In this document: piece by piece, positions 1 to 12,264 of the stretch
Layout of the letters: each line of letters begins with the position of its first letter
Position numbering within the stretch: position 1 is the stretch's first letter
Source of the DNA: Azolla caroliniana
Lineage: Eukaryota > Plantae > Polypodiophyta
Direction of reading: 5' to 3'
Assembly: GCA_043228905.1 (NCBI GenBank)
Contig: JBHGNT010000014.1
Span: forward strand, 9,982,001 to 10,046,000
Length of the DNA: 64,000 bases
Made by a program: the position numbers and the translations under genes
Notes under the pieces: model-generated
Told to the model about the DNA's origin: nothing
The model's database searches: none
The model's input: only the letters and a program-made list of their open reading frames with translations

Positions 1-580
1 ACTTGTATGCTTTCTTCTCAGACGAGTATCCTATGAGGATACATTCCTTTGATTTCACCTCGGGCTTCTGTCGTTGTTTGTTCGGGATGCGTACATTCAC
101 AATGCTTCCGAACACCTTGAGGTGCGACAGTATCGACTTCCTTCCGACGAGGAGCTCGTATGGATTTAGCTCATGCACTCCATTAGTGGTGCATCGATTC
201 ATGAGATAGACGGCCGTGGATGTTGCTTCAGCCCAATAGAAATTCAGGATGTGCTTCTCATGCATCATGGCGCGTACTACCTCGAGTATTTGCCGATTTT
301 TCCTTTTGGCGACTCCATTTTGTTGGGGTGTGTGTCGGCACGAGAATTCTCTCTGAATGCCTTCACTTTGGAGGTAGGAGGTGAATTCATCGAAGAAGTA
401 CTCCTTCCCTCCATCCGATCATAGGCATCGAATGTGTGGACTGGTTTCTTTTTCGACTTTTGGAAGTGGGAGAGCACTTCACTTTTCTTCTTGATCGGGT
501 AGATCCATGCATAGCGGGAGTAGTTTTTGATGAAGGTTATGTAGTACCGGTATCCGCCGATCGTCGGCGTTTGAGCCAGT

Positions 581-1579
581 TGTTGTAGGTTTTAGGTTTA
601 GGGTAAATGATGATAATGATAAAGATAGGAATAGGGTTAACAATCATGGTAGATTGATCATGTATGTGTGATGATAATGGTGAGAGATCATGAAGAACAA
701 GACAAGCTTTGAGGGGTGGGGGGTGGTGCCTAGAATGGCTCCACCCCCCTCCCAAGGGGGTTCAACGTTAAGGGGGAGAGAGAAAGATCTCAAAGATAGA
801 TAGATAGATAGATAGATAGATTATATTATCGTCTTCGGAGGTCAAATATGACCTATGAGACCAAAAATATTACATTTCACGTGATACGTGTGAAAGTGAG
901 TAGTGACTCTCGATGTTCAAGAACTTTACCAATGAATGTTACAATCGAGAGTGCACATTGTGGTTGTGAGAGGAATTCATGCAAAATGTGGGCTCGATCG
1001 AAGAGATGTGGAAAGCATGGTCGAATATGATCAAAGGCAGAGCATTGTATCAAAGTGTCATACTCAGACTCACGAACTTGTTTAGGGCAAAGTGTGCATA
1101 GCCGACCACTCTCATCACTTGTACCCCAACGCCCTGTTTCACATCGCAATGCATGTGAGCTAAGTCGCATGGAACCAATGGTTCAAATGGCAGATAACGG
1201 TATGGGCTCTAACATGTATGGATGTGTACGATTTCCCCGTTCCGCAAAGAATATGGTTTTGTAGTTAGGTGCAACATGTGTAGTATAATGTGTGAAGCGT
1301 GAGCCTCCACATTTGTCCCATGTCATGATACATTGGCATAGAGAGAAATGGTAATTGTCTTCATTCATTCCCCATAAGCGGTTAAATAGGTACAAAGGGT
1401 TAGATACACAAGGGTGCAAGCCCCTTGGGCATTCACACCTAGTCACTCACTCACACCTCTTTGTATCTACCACACTCACACTCATAATCGTATAAAATCA
1501 CACATACATATCCACACATTACATCTTTCACCCTCACTTATCATCTTTATCAATCACACGTACGTCTCGTACGGTAACA
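581..1579. mobile_element. Solo LTR inserted in copia A integrase
   Basis: TGTTG...TAACA termini with 5-bp TSD CCAGT (576-580, 1580-1584). The copia SDVWG..AQT coding sequence continues across the insertion. Confidence 0.8.
795..1400 (-). mobile_element. 5'-truncated LINE 3' end (RTEX-like C-terminal Cys/His domain) with (TATC)n tail, inside the solo LTR
   Basis: ORF 877-1170 reads RLSSHALRCETGRW..CTLC..ESEY..C; (GATA)n tract at ~795-820. The 5' boundary is approximate. Confidence 0.7.
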
Positions 1580-3084
1580 CCAGTCCCCATACATCTGAGT
1601 GTATGATGTCGAGGAGGCCTTTGCTCGCGTGTCTCTCCTTCGGGAATGGGAGTCGATATTGTTTGCTAAGTTGACACGCTTCGCATACTCGGTTGACTCG
1701 TTTCGACTCAAATGTCGGAAGTCCGATGACGACTCCCTTGGTTTGCATCGCTCGAAGCCGTTGAAGGTTTATGTGGCTGATTCTCTTGTGCCACAACTCG
1801 ATGCTTGTCTCGGTTTTGAGACCTTTGGTGTACATTGCCGATTTCACATCGTTCAAATCACGGATGAACAGTCGGCCATCTTTCTCAATGAAACAACCTT
1901 CGTTGTTGAAGCGGACTTGCATGCTTTGCTCCACAATTTGGCCGACAGAGACCAAATTCTTCGTTATTGTGGGCACGTGCAAGACATTCTTGATGCAAGT
2001 TTGCTCGCCTTCTTTCCCGAATGGAACATTGCCGATGTGCCGAAGGGGGTGCGTGGTGTCGTCTCCCGTCTCTATGTAGCCGGGTCAATCCGGTGTACAC
2101 AAGTGATTGAACCACTCCTTGTGGGATGTCATGTGAAGTGAGGCGCCGGAATCGACGAACCACACGTCTTCCGAGTTGGAGGTGCTTGCGAAGTTGGAGG
2201 TCGTCATAGAGTTCACTCTATGCCTCATTACGAACATTTTGCCACAGTCTCCGTAGTCGGAATTATAGGCGTAATTCGTGAATATTCCGCTACGATTGGC
2301 GTAGTTTGTGAGTTGTCGACTTGTTGAAGCCAACTCACTTCTCTTTCTCCGACACTCCATCTCGTAGTGGCCGACTTTGCTGTAATAATTGCAAGTTGCG
2401 GGCCTCGTTTGCGGACCATGATCGGCGTGGAAGCTCCCCCTTCTTCCGAAGGTTCCTCGATGGCTTCCATGAAGGTTTGAGTTCCCTTCGTGTGATGGGT
2501 CAAATTGACCTCTTCTACCGCGGTGACCTCCTCCTCGGCCACCGTCCAAATTCGAGAAGAACATTTGTTTTTCCGACGTCTTGCTTTTGGTTCAGACGTG
2601 GTTCTCTTCGACCAATAGCATTTGTTATCGCTAGGGCCGGACAACAGCCTAACACAGGGTGTCCACTTAAGACACATCACCAAAGGGGGGTACGGCAGAA
2701 TGACTTATGGCACAACGCTTAATTAGACCTTAATCGATTACTTAGCCATCCGTAATTAACACGCGTAAGATATAACAATGAATACAGAACGGTAATCAAC
2801 ATTGGAAGATTAAGACAATAAGCTTTATTAATTATCCGCTCCTCATTACATTGTAACCGGGCCTTTATATAGGTATCCGGTGCGAAATACAAAACGGTGC
2901 CAACTGGCACCTTTATGGGATCGTTCCGGATCCAGATCGGCATATCGATTCCGGTCCGTCCGTCCACATCTTCTTATATAATAATATATATATTAAGACT
3001 ACTAATTACAACAGTTCCCGAATAACTATTCCTTTCAAACTCTGGTTTGGACCTCCTTAAGCCTTCTTGTTGGCCGGTAACACA

Positions 3085-3101
3085 TGGCACGCCCGTGGGA
3101 C
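3085..3101 (-). other. tRNA-3'-end-like sequence (GTCCCACGGGCGTGCCA) occupying the PPT position
   Basis: The plus strand reads TGGCACGCCCGTGGGAC, 2 nt from the LTR. It resembles the tRNA-Arg PBS of Tat-type gypsy elements (from recall). No purine tract is present. Confidence 0.7.
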
Positions 3102-3188
3102 AGTACCTTGTACGTCGAACCCACTATCCGGCCCTTTTACGCTTCGTCCAAAATGTCTAGAATGCTTTGCTCCAAAATTTCCAATGGC

Positions 3189-3947
3189 TCATCGGGAATC
3201 TGTTGTTGCTACTGTGGCTGTTGTTGTTGTTCCGTTTGTGGTTGTGGCTATGTTTGTTGCTCTGACACCGGCGTTTCCGTCCGGTTGCAGTAAGTAGGGT
3301 GGTACCGCTTCGGCGACGTCAATTTCGAATAGGGGTACAATCTTCGGGTTCTCCAGCAAGTACTGCTCTTCTTCTTCGTCTGCTAATCCTTCCAGCATAT
3401 TGACACTCTCCGCATATAACGGTGTCAGATCCTTGCCGGTGCCCTTCCTTGGTTGTGTTGGTATCCGTACCTTCGCTTTTCCCCGCCGGAACGTAATCAT
3501 ATTCCTCCTCCAGTTCTGCTTGATATGTGCCGTCTTTAACCAAGGGTGTCCCAACAATAATGGGTACGCTCCTTGAGCCTGCAACTGGAGAACTACGGCT
3601 GAGATTCGGAATGTGTGGCCCCCGATGGTTACTTCCAAGTTCCGTATTAATCCTGTCGGTCGCACCGAGCTTGTGTCCGCCATTCGGAGCCAGAACGGAC
3701 ATGGCTCCCACTCTTGGATTCCAAGAGCATCGCACGTCTGGAGGCTGATTACATTAACGTCGGAGCCTCCGTCTATTATCGTGCTGGGGAGTTCTTTCCC
3801 TTTCACAATGGCCATAATTGCCGGACTGTTGGTGTCCACCACCGCCGGTCCCTCCTCCGGATTTGAGAAGAATGCCGGAGCCGGTGGTGTTCCCCCTGTC
3901 GTCATGCCGGACTTGAGTCCTTTTGTGAATCTTGGTACTAGCTGCAA
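3189..3947 (-). CDS. Retroviral-type aspartic protease ORF with Thr-rich tail
   Basis: IIDGGSDVNVI catalytic motif; LLLGHPWL motif. Confidence 0.8.
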   Translation of the reverse strand: MQLVPRFTKGLKSGMTTGGTPPAPAFFSNPEEGPAVVDTNSPAIMAIVKGKELPSTIIDGGSDVNVISLQTCDALGIQEWEPCPFWLRMADTSSVRPTGLIRNLEVTIGGHTFRISAVVLQLQAQGAYPLLLGHPWLKTAHIKQNWRRNMITFRRGKAKVRIPTQPRKGTGKDLTPLYAESVNMLEGLADEEEEQYLLENPKIVPLFEIDVAEAVPPYLLQPDGNAGVRATNIATTTNGTTTTATVATTDSR

Positions 3948-4049
3948 GAGTCATCCTAACGGCAGCGTGATCTAGCATTCCTGCAATACCTGCCATGTCG
4001 CATTTTCGGACTGACTGCCGCCGGCGAGCTCTTCGGTGTTCTCCTTCTG

Positions 4050-5970
4050 TTGCGCGAGTTCTGCCACATTTCGCTCATTGGCCTTTTTCACCCATTCTGT
4101 TGCCTGTTTCCGGATGGCCTCTTGTGTCTCCCATTCCGTAGTCTTCCCCTTCGACCTTGTGGTGACCTATTGGAGGTCTGCGACTTCGGTGACTACCATG
4201 TTTACTGCCGGTCGCTTATCATAGCTTTTTGTCAGACATTGATTACTATAATGTCCTTCTTGCCGGCAGTAATAGCAATATGTTTTCCGGGTGTTGCTGG
4301 ATTCGACATTGTTTCTTGTACCCGGTGAAGGACTTGTGGTAACCGCAGGGCTCTGGTCTGGTTGGCTGCTTGAGGCGCCTTTTTCCGGTTCATGTGGGTG
4401 GCTCCCGTTTTTGAAATGTCGTTTTTTATTAAAGTTCTTTTTGTTGCGGTACCCTTGCCGAGGTTGGTCGTCATACCTCCCATAATCTTCCTGTCGTTGG
4501 TGATACCCGGGGGAGTGATCCCGGTTGTGATGCTCGTACCGTCCATTGTAATCTCGGTACTTGTCATATCTCTTGTACCGGTCATAGTTATCTCGCCGAT
4601 TGTCGTACCAGACATCTTGTGCCGGTCGATATCGCTCCTCTCGTCGCCAATGTTCGTCTTCTTCGTCTCGGCTGTTACGTGGCTCGATTTGCCGGACTAG
4701 TGGAGCTTGCCGATTTAATAAGTTATATTCACACCGGTCCATCGTGTGGGTCGTAGATTGGCAGAGTAAGCAGTGCGTCCGCATGGTGCACTCCAGTGAC
4801 GAGTGTCTGGAATTCAAGCAGGTCGTGCATTGGATTGCTTGCCGGAAACGGAGATCCTCATCGGTTGGTAATGCTCATTGGAGGGCTCCCATTGTTAGCC
4901 AAGAGCTCGTTTTCTCCATTTCTCTAACCCGGTCGATGACCTGGTCGACGATGCTTGTGCGAAAGTCAATGACCGTGCATACCGTTCGTAGAGGTTCCCG
5001 GAGCACGGCTAAAAATATAGCCCGCGTTTCCTCCTCCGGAGGTGCACGGGTAAGCTGACTGTGCATCCGTTGAAACCAGATGACAAACTATGGGATGCTT
5101 TCCCCGGGGTCTTGCCGAATTGTATAAAATAAGCCCACCATTTCTCGTTGATCCACCTCCTTCTGGAAGATGTGCAAGAATTTGTCTTTCAGGTTCGCAA
5201 AGGTGGTGATGGTGTTGCGATCTTGCGTCCGGTGCCATCTGGCGGCGTCCTTCTAATGTCACGCCGAATTCGGCTATCTTAGATCGTTCCTCTTCTGCCG
5301 CAGTTAACCGTTGTGACACATGGTTCGCTTCCCATGTTTGTTCAAACACGTGAACATGAGCCTCCGCGTCTGGGTCATCCCGATACTTGGAGTACTCGAA
5401 CGACATATCGTCGTCCGGTGTCGGTACGCGGCCTGGCTGTGTTGGTGGTCTTTCCTGTTGTTCCGTTGGCGTCTGAGGTCTTTGCCGGTCTTCCTTTGGT
5501 GTTCCCGGCTCGACTTCTGGTGTTGGAGGGTTTTGTCGGTGCACTTCCCTCTCCGGAGGTTGCACCATGACAAGTGTCGGAGGTTCCCGGTCTGCCAATT
5601 CTGGTTCCGGTGTCGGTAAGGTATCCGACTCCTCGTCCTCCGGTCCTCCTGGGGTGTCATTACTGTTGCGATAGTTTGTATACGCGCTATAACCCCCTTC
5701 CGAATCCGATTCCAGCGTTGAAAATGCTTCGGATTCTCCGTCTCTTCCAGCCAAGGCCTGGAGAAGGGTTTCCGCTTCCCGGAGGCTGCTTAAGCTGCTT
5801 CCTTCGTTCGGGTACGCGTTTTGTTGCAGACGGAGCGACTCCTCCGCCTCTTTCCGGATCACTTTGGAAAATGATCGATCCGTTCGGATTTCTTCCGCTG
5901 CTTGCTGGAAAGCCTCTCGCCGCCGTCTCCGTGCTCTCTCCGTAACCGGATCATCTGTTGGCCTAGTCAT
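4050..5970 (-). pseudogene. Gag with three CCHC zinc knuckles, frameshifted
   Basis: Capsid-like segment (DAEAHVHVFEQTW); knuckles CTTCLNSRHSSLEC, CLLCQSTTHTMDRC and CYYCRQEGHYSNQC; frame breaks near 5250 and 4870. Confidence 0.75.
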
Positions 5971-6007
5971 CCATTCCTGCCGCTGTTCACTGCGATTATG
6001 CAGGAAT

Positions 6008-6018
6008 CGTGGTCGCCA
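6008..6018 (-). other. Primer-binding site TGGCGACCACG (tRNA-Arg-like)
   Basis: Follows the 5' LTR after a CAGTTTT spacer, as in Athila/Tat-type elements. Confidence 0.7.
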
Positions 6019-9000
6019 AAAACTGTGTTATCGCTAGGGCCGGACAACAGCCTAACACAGGGTGTCCACTTAAGACACGTCACCAAAGGGTGGTACGACA
6101 GAATGACTTACGGCACAACGCTTAATTAGACCTTAATCGATTACTTAGCCATCCGTAATTAACACGCGTAAGATATAACAATGAATACAGAACGGTAATC
6201 AACACTGGAAGATTAAGACAATAAGCTTTATTAATTATCCGCTCCTCATTACATTGTAACCGGGCCTTTATATAGGTCTCCGGTGCGAAATACAAAACGG
6301 TGCCAACCGGCACCTTTACGGGATCGTTCCGGATCCGGATCGGCATACCGATTCCGGTCCGTCCGTCCACATCTTCTTATATAATAATATATATATTAAG
6401 ACTACTAATTACAACAGTTCCCGAATAACTATTCCTTTCAAACTCTGGTTTGGACCTCCTTAAGCCTTCTTGCCGGCTGATAACAGCATTGATTGGAGGG
6501 CAAAGATTTCCATTTCTAATAGATCGAATTGTTGTGCGATGTCGCCCAAGCATACTTGAACCATCTCGTCTTCGTCGACGTTTATTTTGATGGAGCCAAG
6601 CGAGTCACAAATGCTCTTGATCTTGGCGGTGTAGTTCGACATGGACATGTCTTTTTGTTGAATGTTGTTCAACTCTTGTCAGAGTTGAAGCTTTCGGACG
6701 GTCGTGTTGGCAGCGAACATTTTCTTTAAGTTTTCCCACGCTTCTTTGGGCGTCTTGGCATCTCAAATGTGGCTAAGCATGTGGTTGTGGACACATGTTG
6801 CCAAGCAATACATGACTCGACTCGCCGCTTGCTCCCACGTTGCGTAGTCGGCTTCTTTCAGTCGGGTCGATTTTCTTGAGCGTCGTTGATGTAGCTCGAA
6901 TACCCTTGGCCGACGAGGTATTGGGTCATCTTGTACTCCCAAGATGAATAATTACTCCGGTTTAGCTTTTCAATAGGGAGCGAACTACCCATTTGTGTGT
7001 TCATGTTGATCACGTACACGTGCTACGTAGCGGCACTATGGTAGCCGATAGCCGGATTTTGTCATTGGCGTCTCGAACACACAATCACGGAGTCGGGTTG
7101 GCTTAGTGTATTTTCTAAACCACACACTCTGATACCATTTTAAGAATTAGGTAAGTAATTAAGCAAGGGTTAATTAGTACCTAATTATGTGATTAAGTTA
7201 ATAAGTGGAAGATTAAGTGATATGTGTGTGTATGTGTATGAGAGGAAGAGAGAGAGAGAGAGAGAGAGAGAAAGAAAGAAAGATATATTAACATCTTCTA
7301 AGGCCAAAATTGGTCCATGAGACAATTGGTTTACAATAAAATGAGTATTTATCAAGTCATCATAACTAAAATAAAATAAAGTAAACATAGAACTTAAGCA
7401 AAAAGAGTTCTAGTAGTGTACAATACGTGGTATACTCGATAAAGAAAGTGACTTTACACTAAGCCTAATTTTATTTCCACCCAAGCCTCTCGAAAAGAAG
7501 TGGGGGGTCAAAGGGTTCTGATGTGGGTGTGACCCGTGGTTCCAATGTAGAGAGTGCCCTAGCCATGGCTTCTAGGCAGTGTAGCTCATGTTCCCTTATT
7601 TTCATTATTGCTTCCACACCACATTGAGTTGCTTTGAAACCTGGCACCCGAGGACATATGATTCTTCTTTGGTTTTCTACCTCACCAAGGGAAAGGCCGA
7701 GTGGTGCAGGTGTGTCGACATTCATTGTCTCCCCCTGTTCTTGAAAAACTTCATTTGTTACATGTTGGTGAACATTAGCAACATTTTGTAACTTATTCGC
7801 TCTATGTTGTTTTAGCTCTAGAATGTATTTGCCTAATTTCTTTATATCTAGAGTATCTAATAGTTTGGGGAGGGTGGGAGAGGAACCAAGTATGTCTTGG
7901 TATTTTGCCCTTATCTCGGCGTAGGTTGAGCACTTGCATGTAAAGTGATACTCATCCTCTATCTCTATGTGACATAACCTACATATCCTTTCCTCCCTAG
8001 GGACTCCATTAGTACGGCCATTCTCAATCTCAAGTTGGTGAGATGATATTCTAAGTTGTCCAATGGCAACCCTTAGTGCATGTGGTAAGAATACATCTAG
8101 ATATTTTGGCCGCGTAATAAAACCTAACTCAGAGAAGTGCATGAAGTGTTCCTTACAATAAAACATTTTAGATGGAAGTGGCTCTCGTGGGGTGATCCAT
8201 TTATACCGAGTGTAAATTTGACATATTTCTTGGCATATTACTTTATTGCGGTCCTCATGAGAGATTAAAGTGTTATCAATCGTGTAGTTGTACCTAAGGG
8301 GAGGTAGGTTATTAATGTCTAGACCATTCACAAGAAGCCAACTCACCATCATGCCATACCATGAGCTAGTATAGCCGGACTCATACAATGATCGAGAGGC
8401 CTTAAAGGCTTGATGAGATATTCTATCATGTGGTTGGCTATGTATCCTATGAATAAAGACTACAAGTTGGAAAAGTGCCTCTACTAACATTGGGGGTAAT
8501 GTGAACTCAGGCCCAATAATGTCATGTCGTACTGTCAATTTGCTTCGGAGTTGGTGTGATAACATCATCACCAATGGTTTCTCTAATTGTGTCCACATGA
8601 AAGATGGTAATCCTGGAGCCCAAACCATTGATGCATACATGAGGGAGGGGGTCACTAATGAGTCAAAGAGCCACCCTTTAGTCTGTGGCTCTTGAAAGTA
8701 TGTGTTGAGAATCAAGCTCAACTTGGTCTAGTGTGTGAACTCACCTTGAGAGTGAATAGACACTCCAACGGTCAAGAGTCACCATTAAGTCACCTCTTTG
8801 TATTCTAGCATTTAGTATGAGTCATAGAATCATATTCTATGACACATAACTTATGAGCTTTCACATTCCCCATGCTCCATGAGCCTTGTAGTTAATGAAG
8901 AGAGAGGAGGGTGACTATATAAAGCACCCTCATCCCACCTTGTATCGTGTTGAGTCTCTTTCTCCTTTGTTAATATACTTAACCTTGCGTATACTCTGTC

Positions 9001-12000
9001 TGTCTCTCTCTCTCTCATACACACTCACACACAGTTCACACCTATTCCGCTTCACAAGAATCCATCTCTTGATTCTTTACATGGTATCAGAGTGATTTGG
9101 TAGCTCGACCTAGCCCATTCGCCTCATCGTGATCGTGTGTTGTGCTCCACGCCGACGACCAAGAACCGGCTCATCGCTATCGTAGCTTCACTACATAGCT
9201 CGCATTCGAAGAGAGAAGCAGAAGAAGAAGAATCGACATAATGAATACTCAAATGGGGAGCGCTCTCCCTACCGACAAGTTGGATCGAAACAACTTCGCA
9301 TCTTGGGAGTACAAGATGCACCAATACCTTGTTAGACAAGGCTATTGGAGCTACATCAAAGGAGCTCATGAAGACCGACATGCCGAAGCGGCTCCCGGAT
9401 ACGCGACATGGGAGCAAGCCGCAAGCCGCAAGCCGCGTGATGTATTGCTTGCCAACATGTGTTCACGATCACATGCTCGGCTACATTCGCGAAGCCAAGA
9501 CGCCGAAGGAAGCACAGGAAAATCTACGAAAGATTTTCACGGCGAACACGACCACGAGGAAGCTTCAACTCCGCCAAGAGTTGAACAACATTCAACAAAG
9601 GGACATGTCCATCACGACATACACCTCGAAGATCAAGGAGCTTTGCGATTCGCTCGGCTCAATAAGCGTAAATATCGATGATGATGGTTCAAATATGCCT
9701 CGGCGGCCTCGCACCACAGTTCGGCGCGATGCAAACTGCTGTTCCAGCACAGGAGAAATCCCCCTCCTTCTTCGAGCTCCTATCAATGCTATTGGTCAAA
9801 GAAAACCACGTGCGTACAAGGAGCAATGAGTAGGAAGGCCACATGCTCTACACGCACTCTAACGGAGGAAGAGGACGCGGACGAGCGAGAGGCCGATTCG
9901 GCCAAGGACAAGGCGGACGAGGTCCGACCTACAACAACAACTCCCAATTTCGGCCGCAAAATGGAGGCCAACGAAGAACCTTCGCAAAAAGGGGGAGCTT
10001 CCACTCCGGCCCGAGCTGTCAAAACGCAACCGAATGCGGATATTGCGGAAAGCTCGGCCACCACGAAGAAGAGTGCCGAAAGAAGATGCATGAATCGGCT
10101 TCCACAAGCCGACAACTCACGAATTATGCACACAATTCCGACTATGAAGAGTATAGCGGAATGTACGGGAACAATTCCGACTATGAAGATCATGGCGGAA
10201 TGTATACACGCAACTTTGACCGTGGCGGAATGTTCATGATGAAACATAGAGCAAACTCTATGTCGGCCTCTACCTCAACTCATGCCCTCAATCCGGAGGA
10301 CATATGGTTTGTTGACTCCAGAGCCTCAAACCATATGACATCCCACAAAGAATGGTTTCTCGAACTTCAAGAGCCAGAGCGACCCGATTATGTCGAAACT
10401 AGAGATGACACTACGCACCCGATTCGGCACATCGGCAATGTTCCGTTCGGCGAAAGAGGTAAGCAAACATACATTAAAAATGGCTTGCATGTTCCCACCA
10501 TCACGAAGAATTTGGTCTCGGTCGGCCAAATGGTTGAGCAAGGGATGCAAGTACGATTTGACCAAGAAGGGTGCTTCATCGAAAAAGAGGGCCGAATCAT
10601 CGCACACGGAAGAAGAGAGGGCCGGATGTTCATTCTCGATTCACACGAGATGAAATCCTCCATGTTCGCAAAAAGCACGAAAGCCGACTCCGACATAGAG
10701 CTATGGCACAAGCGAATTGGCCATATAAATCTCCAAAAGCTCAAAGCAATGAAATCGAAAGGAGTCCTCATCGGACTCCCGACATTCAAAGAGAAGGAGA
10801 TTGAAGGTGTATGCGAAGCATGTCAATTCAGCAAGCAACACCGACACCCATTCCCGAAAGAGCGGAACGTGAGCAAAGGTCTACTCGACGTAGTCCATTC
10901 CGACGTATGGGGACCGGCGCAGATAGCTACATTCGGCGGATGCTGATATTACATGCTCTTCATCGACGACTTCTCTAGGCACACTTGGATCTACTCGATG
11001 CGGCAAAAGAGCGAAGTGTTCGGACACTTCCAAACATTCAAGAATGAAGTCGAGAAAGCCACGGGCCAACATGTATGTTGCCTTCGATCGGATGGCGGCA
11101 AGGAGTACTTCTCGGACGATTTCACGGTGTATCTCCGAAAGGAAGGAATTCGGCGAGAATTCACTTGCCGACACATCCTCGAAGTAGCGCGGGCAATGAT
11201 GAATGAAAAGCATATGCCCAAGTCTTATTGGGCCGAAGCTGTAAATACGGCCGTCTACCTAATGAACCGGTGCACAACATCCGGCATGCACGAGGTCACT
11301 CCGCATGAAAGATTCTTTGGAAAGAAGCTGAACCTATCACATGTTCGGATATTAGGCTCCATTGCGTACGTTCACATCCCCGACGAGAAGCGTCAAAAGC
11401 TCGACCCAAAGTCAGAGAAATGTACCCTCGTAGGATACTCACTGGAGCAAAAGGGGTACAAGTGCTACAACCCCTCAACTCGAAAATCTTGAGTAAGTCG
11501 AGACGTCGTTTTTGACGTGTCCGCATCCTGGTACGCAGTAGAGACAACTTCGACTCCGACTCCGCTCGACCTAGGATCTGCCAAAAAAGAGATAGAGGAT
11601 GAAGATCATTTTACACACATGTTCGAAGAAAGTCCGATCATGACCCGACTAAGCGGACCACAAGAGCCTCCGAGCGATCAAAGCACATCACGGCCTAGCC
11701 CAAAGATGGCGGAATACGAATACAATCGCTTCGATGAAGATGAATCAACTCACTCACTCGACAGTGAGTTCGGCGGCTTCGATGTACCAATCGGAGCTAA
11801 GAAAGCCCTCATCTCTACAAATGAAAAGCTCCGCTGCTCCACCCGTGAAAAGAACCCCGTAAGCCGATTCGGCTACAATGATTATATGGTGTACCATTAC
11901 GCCTTTATGATGAAGGTGGCGACAGTACGGGAGCCGGAAACTTTTTCGGAAGCCACGAAGGACCCGCGATGGATCAAAGCAATGAACGAGGAGATGCAGG

Positions 12001-12264
12001 CACTACGGAAGAACGAGACGTGGGATCTCGTTCCCACCTCACCACACAAAAAGGCGATCGGATGTAGATGGATCTACAAGGTGAAGTATAACACCGATGG
12101 CTCCATAAACCGCTACAAAGCTCGACTCGTAGCGAAAGGATACGCTCAGACGCATGGCATCAAAAACGAAGAGACCTTTGCCCCAGTGGCAAAGATGACG
12201 ACGGTAAGTTCGAGATGACGGATATGAAGGAGCTCCACTACTTCCTCAGCATCGAGGTAATTTG

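Larger units (their letters stand above)
2623..6485 (-). mobile_element. Non-autonomous Ty3/gypsy (non-chromovirus-like) element encoding only Gag and protease
   Basis: LTRs at 2623-3082 and 6026-6485 (TGTTA...TAACA), TSD GCATT (2618-2622, 6486-6490). TATA and AATAAA lie on the minus strand. No RT, RNase H or integrase is present. Confidence 0.9.
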
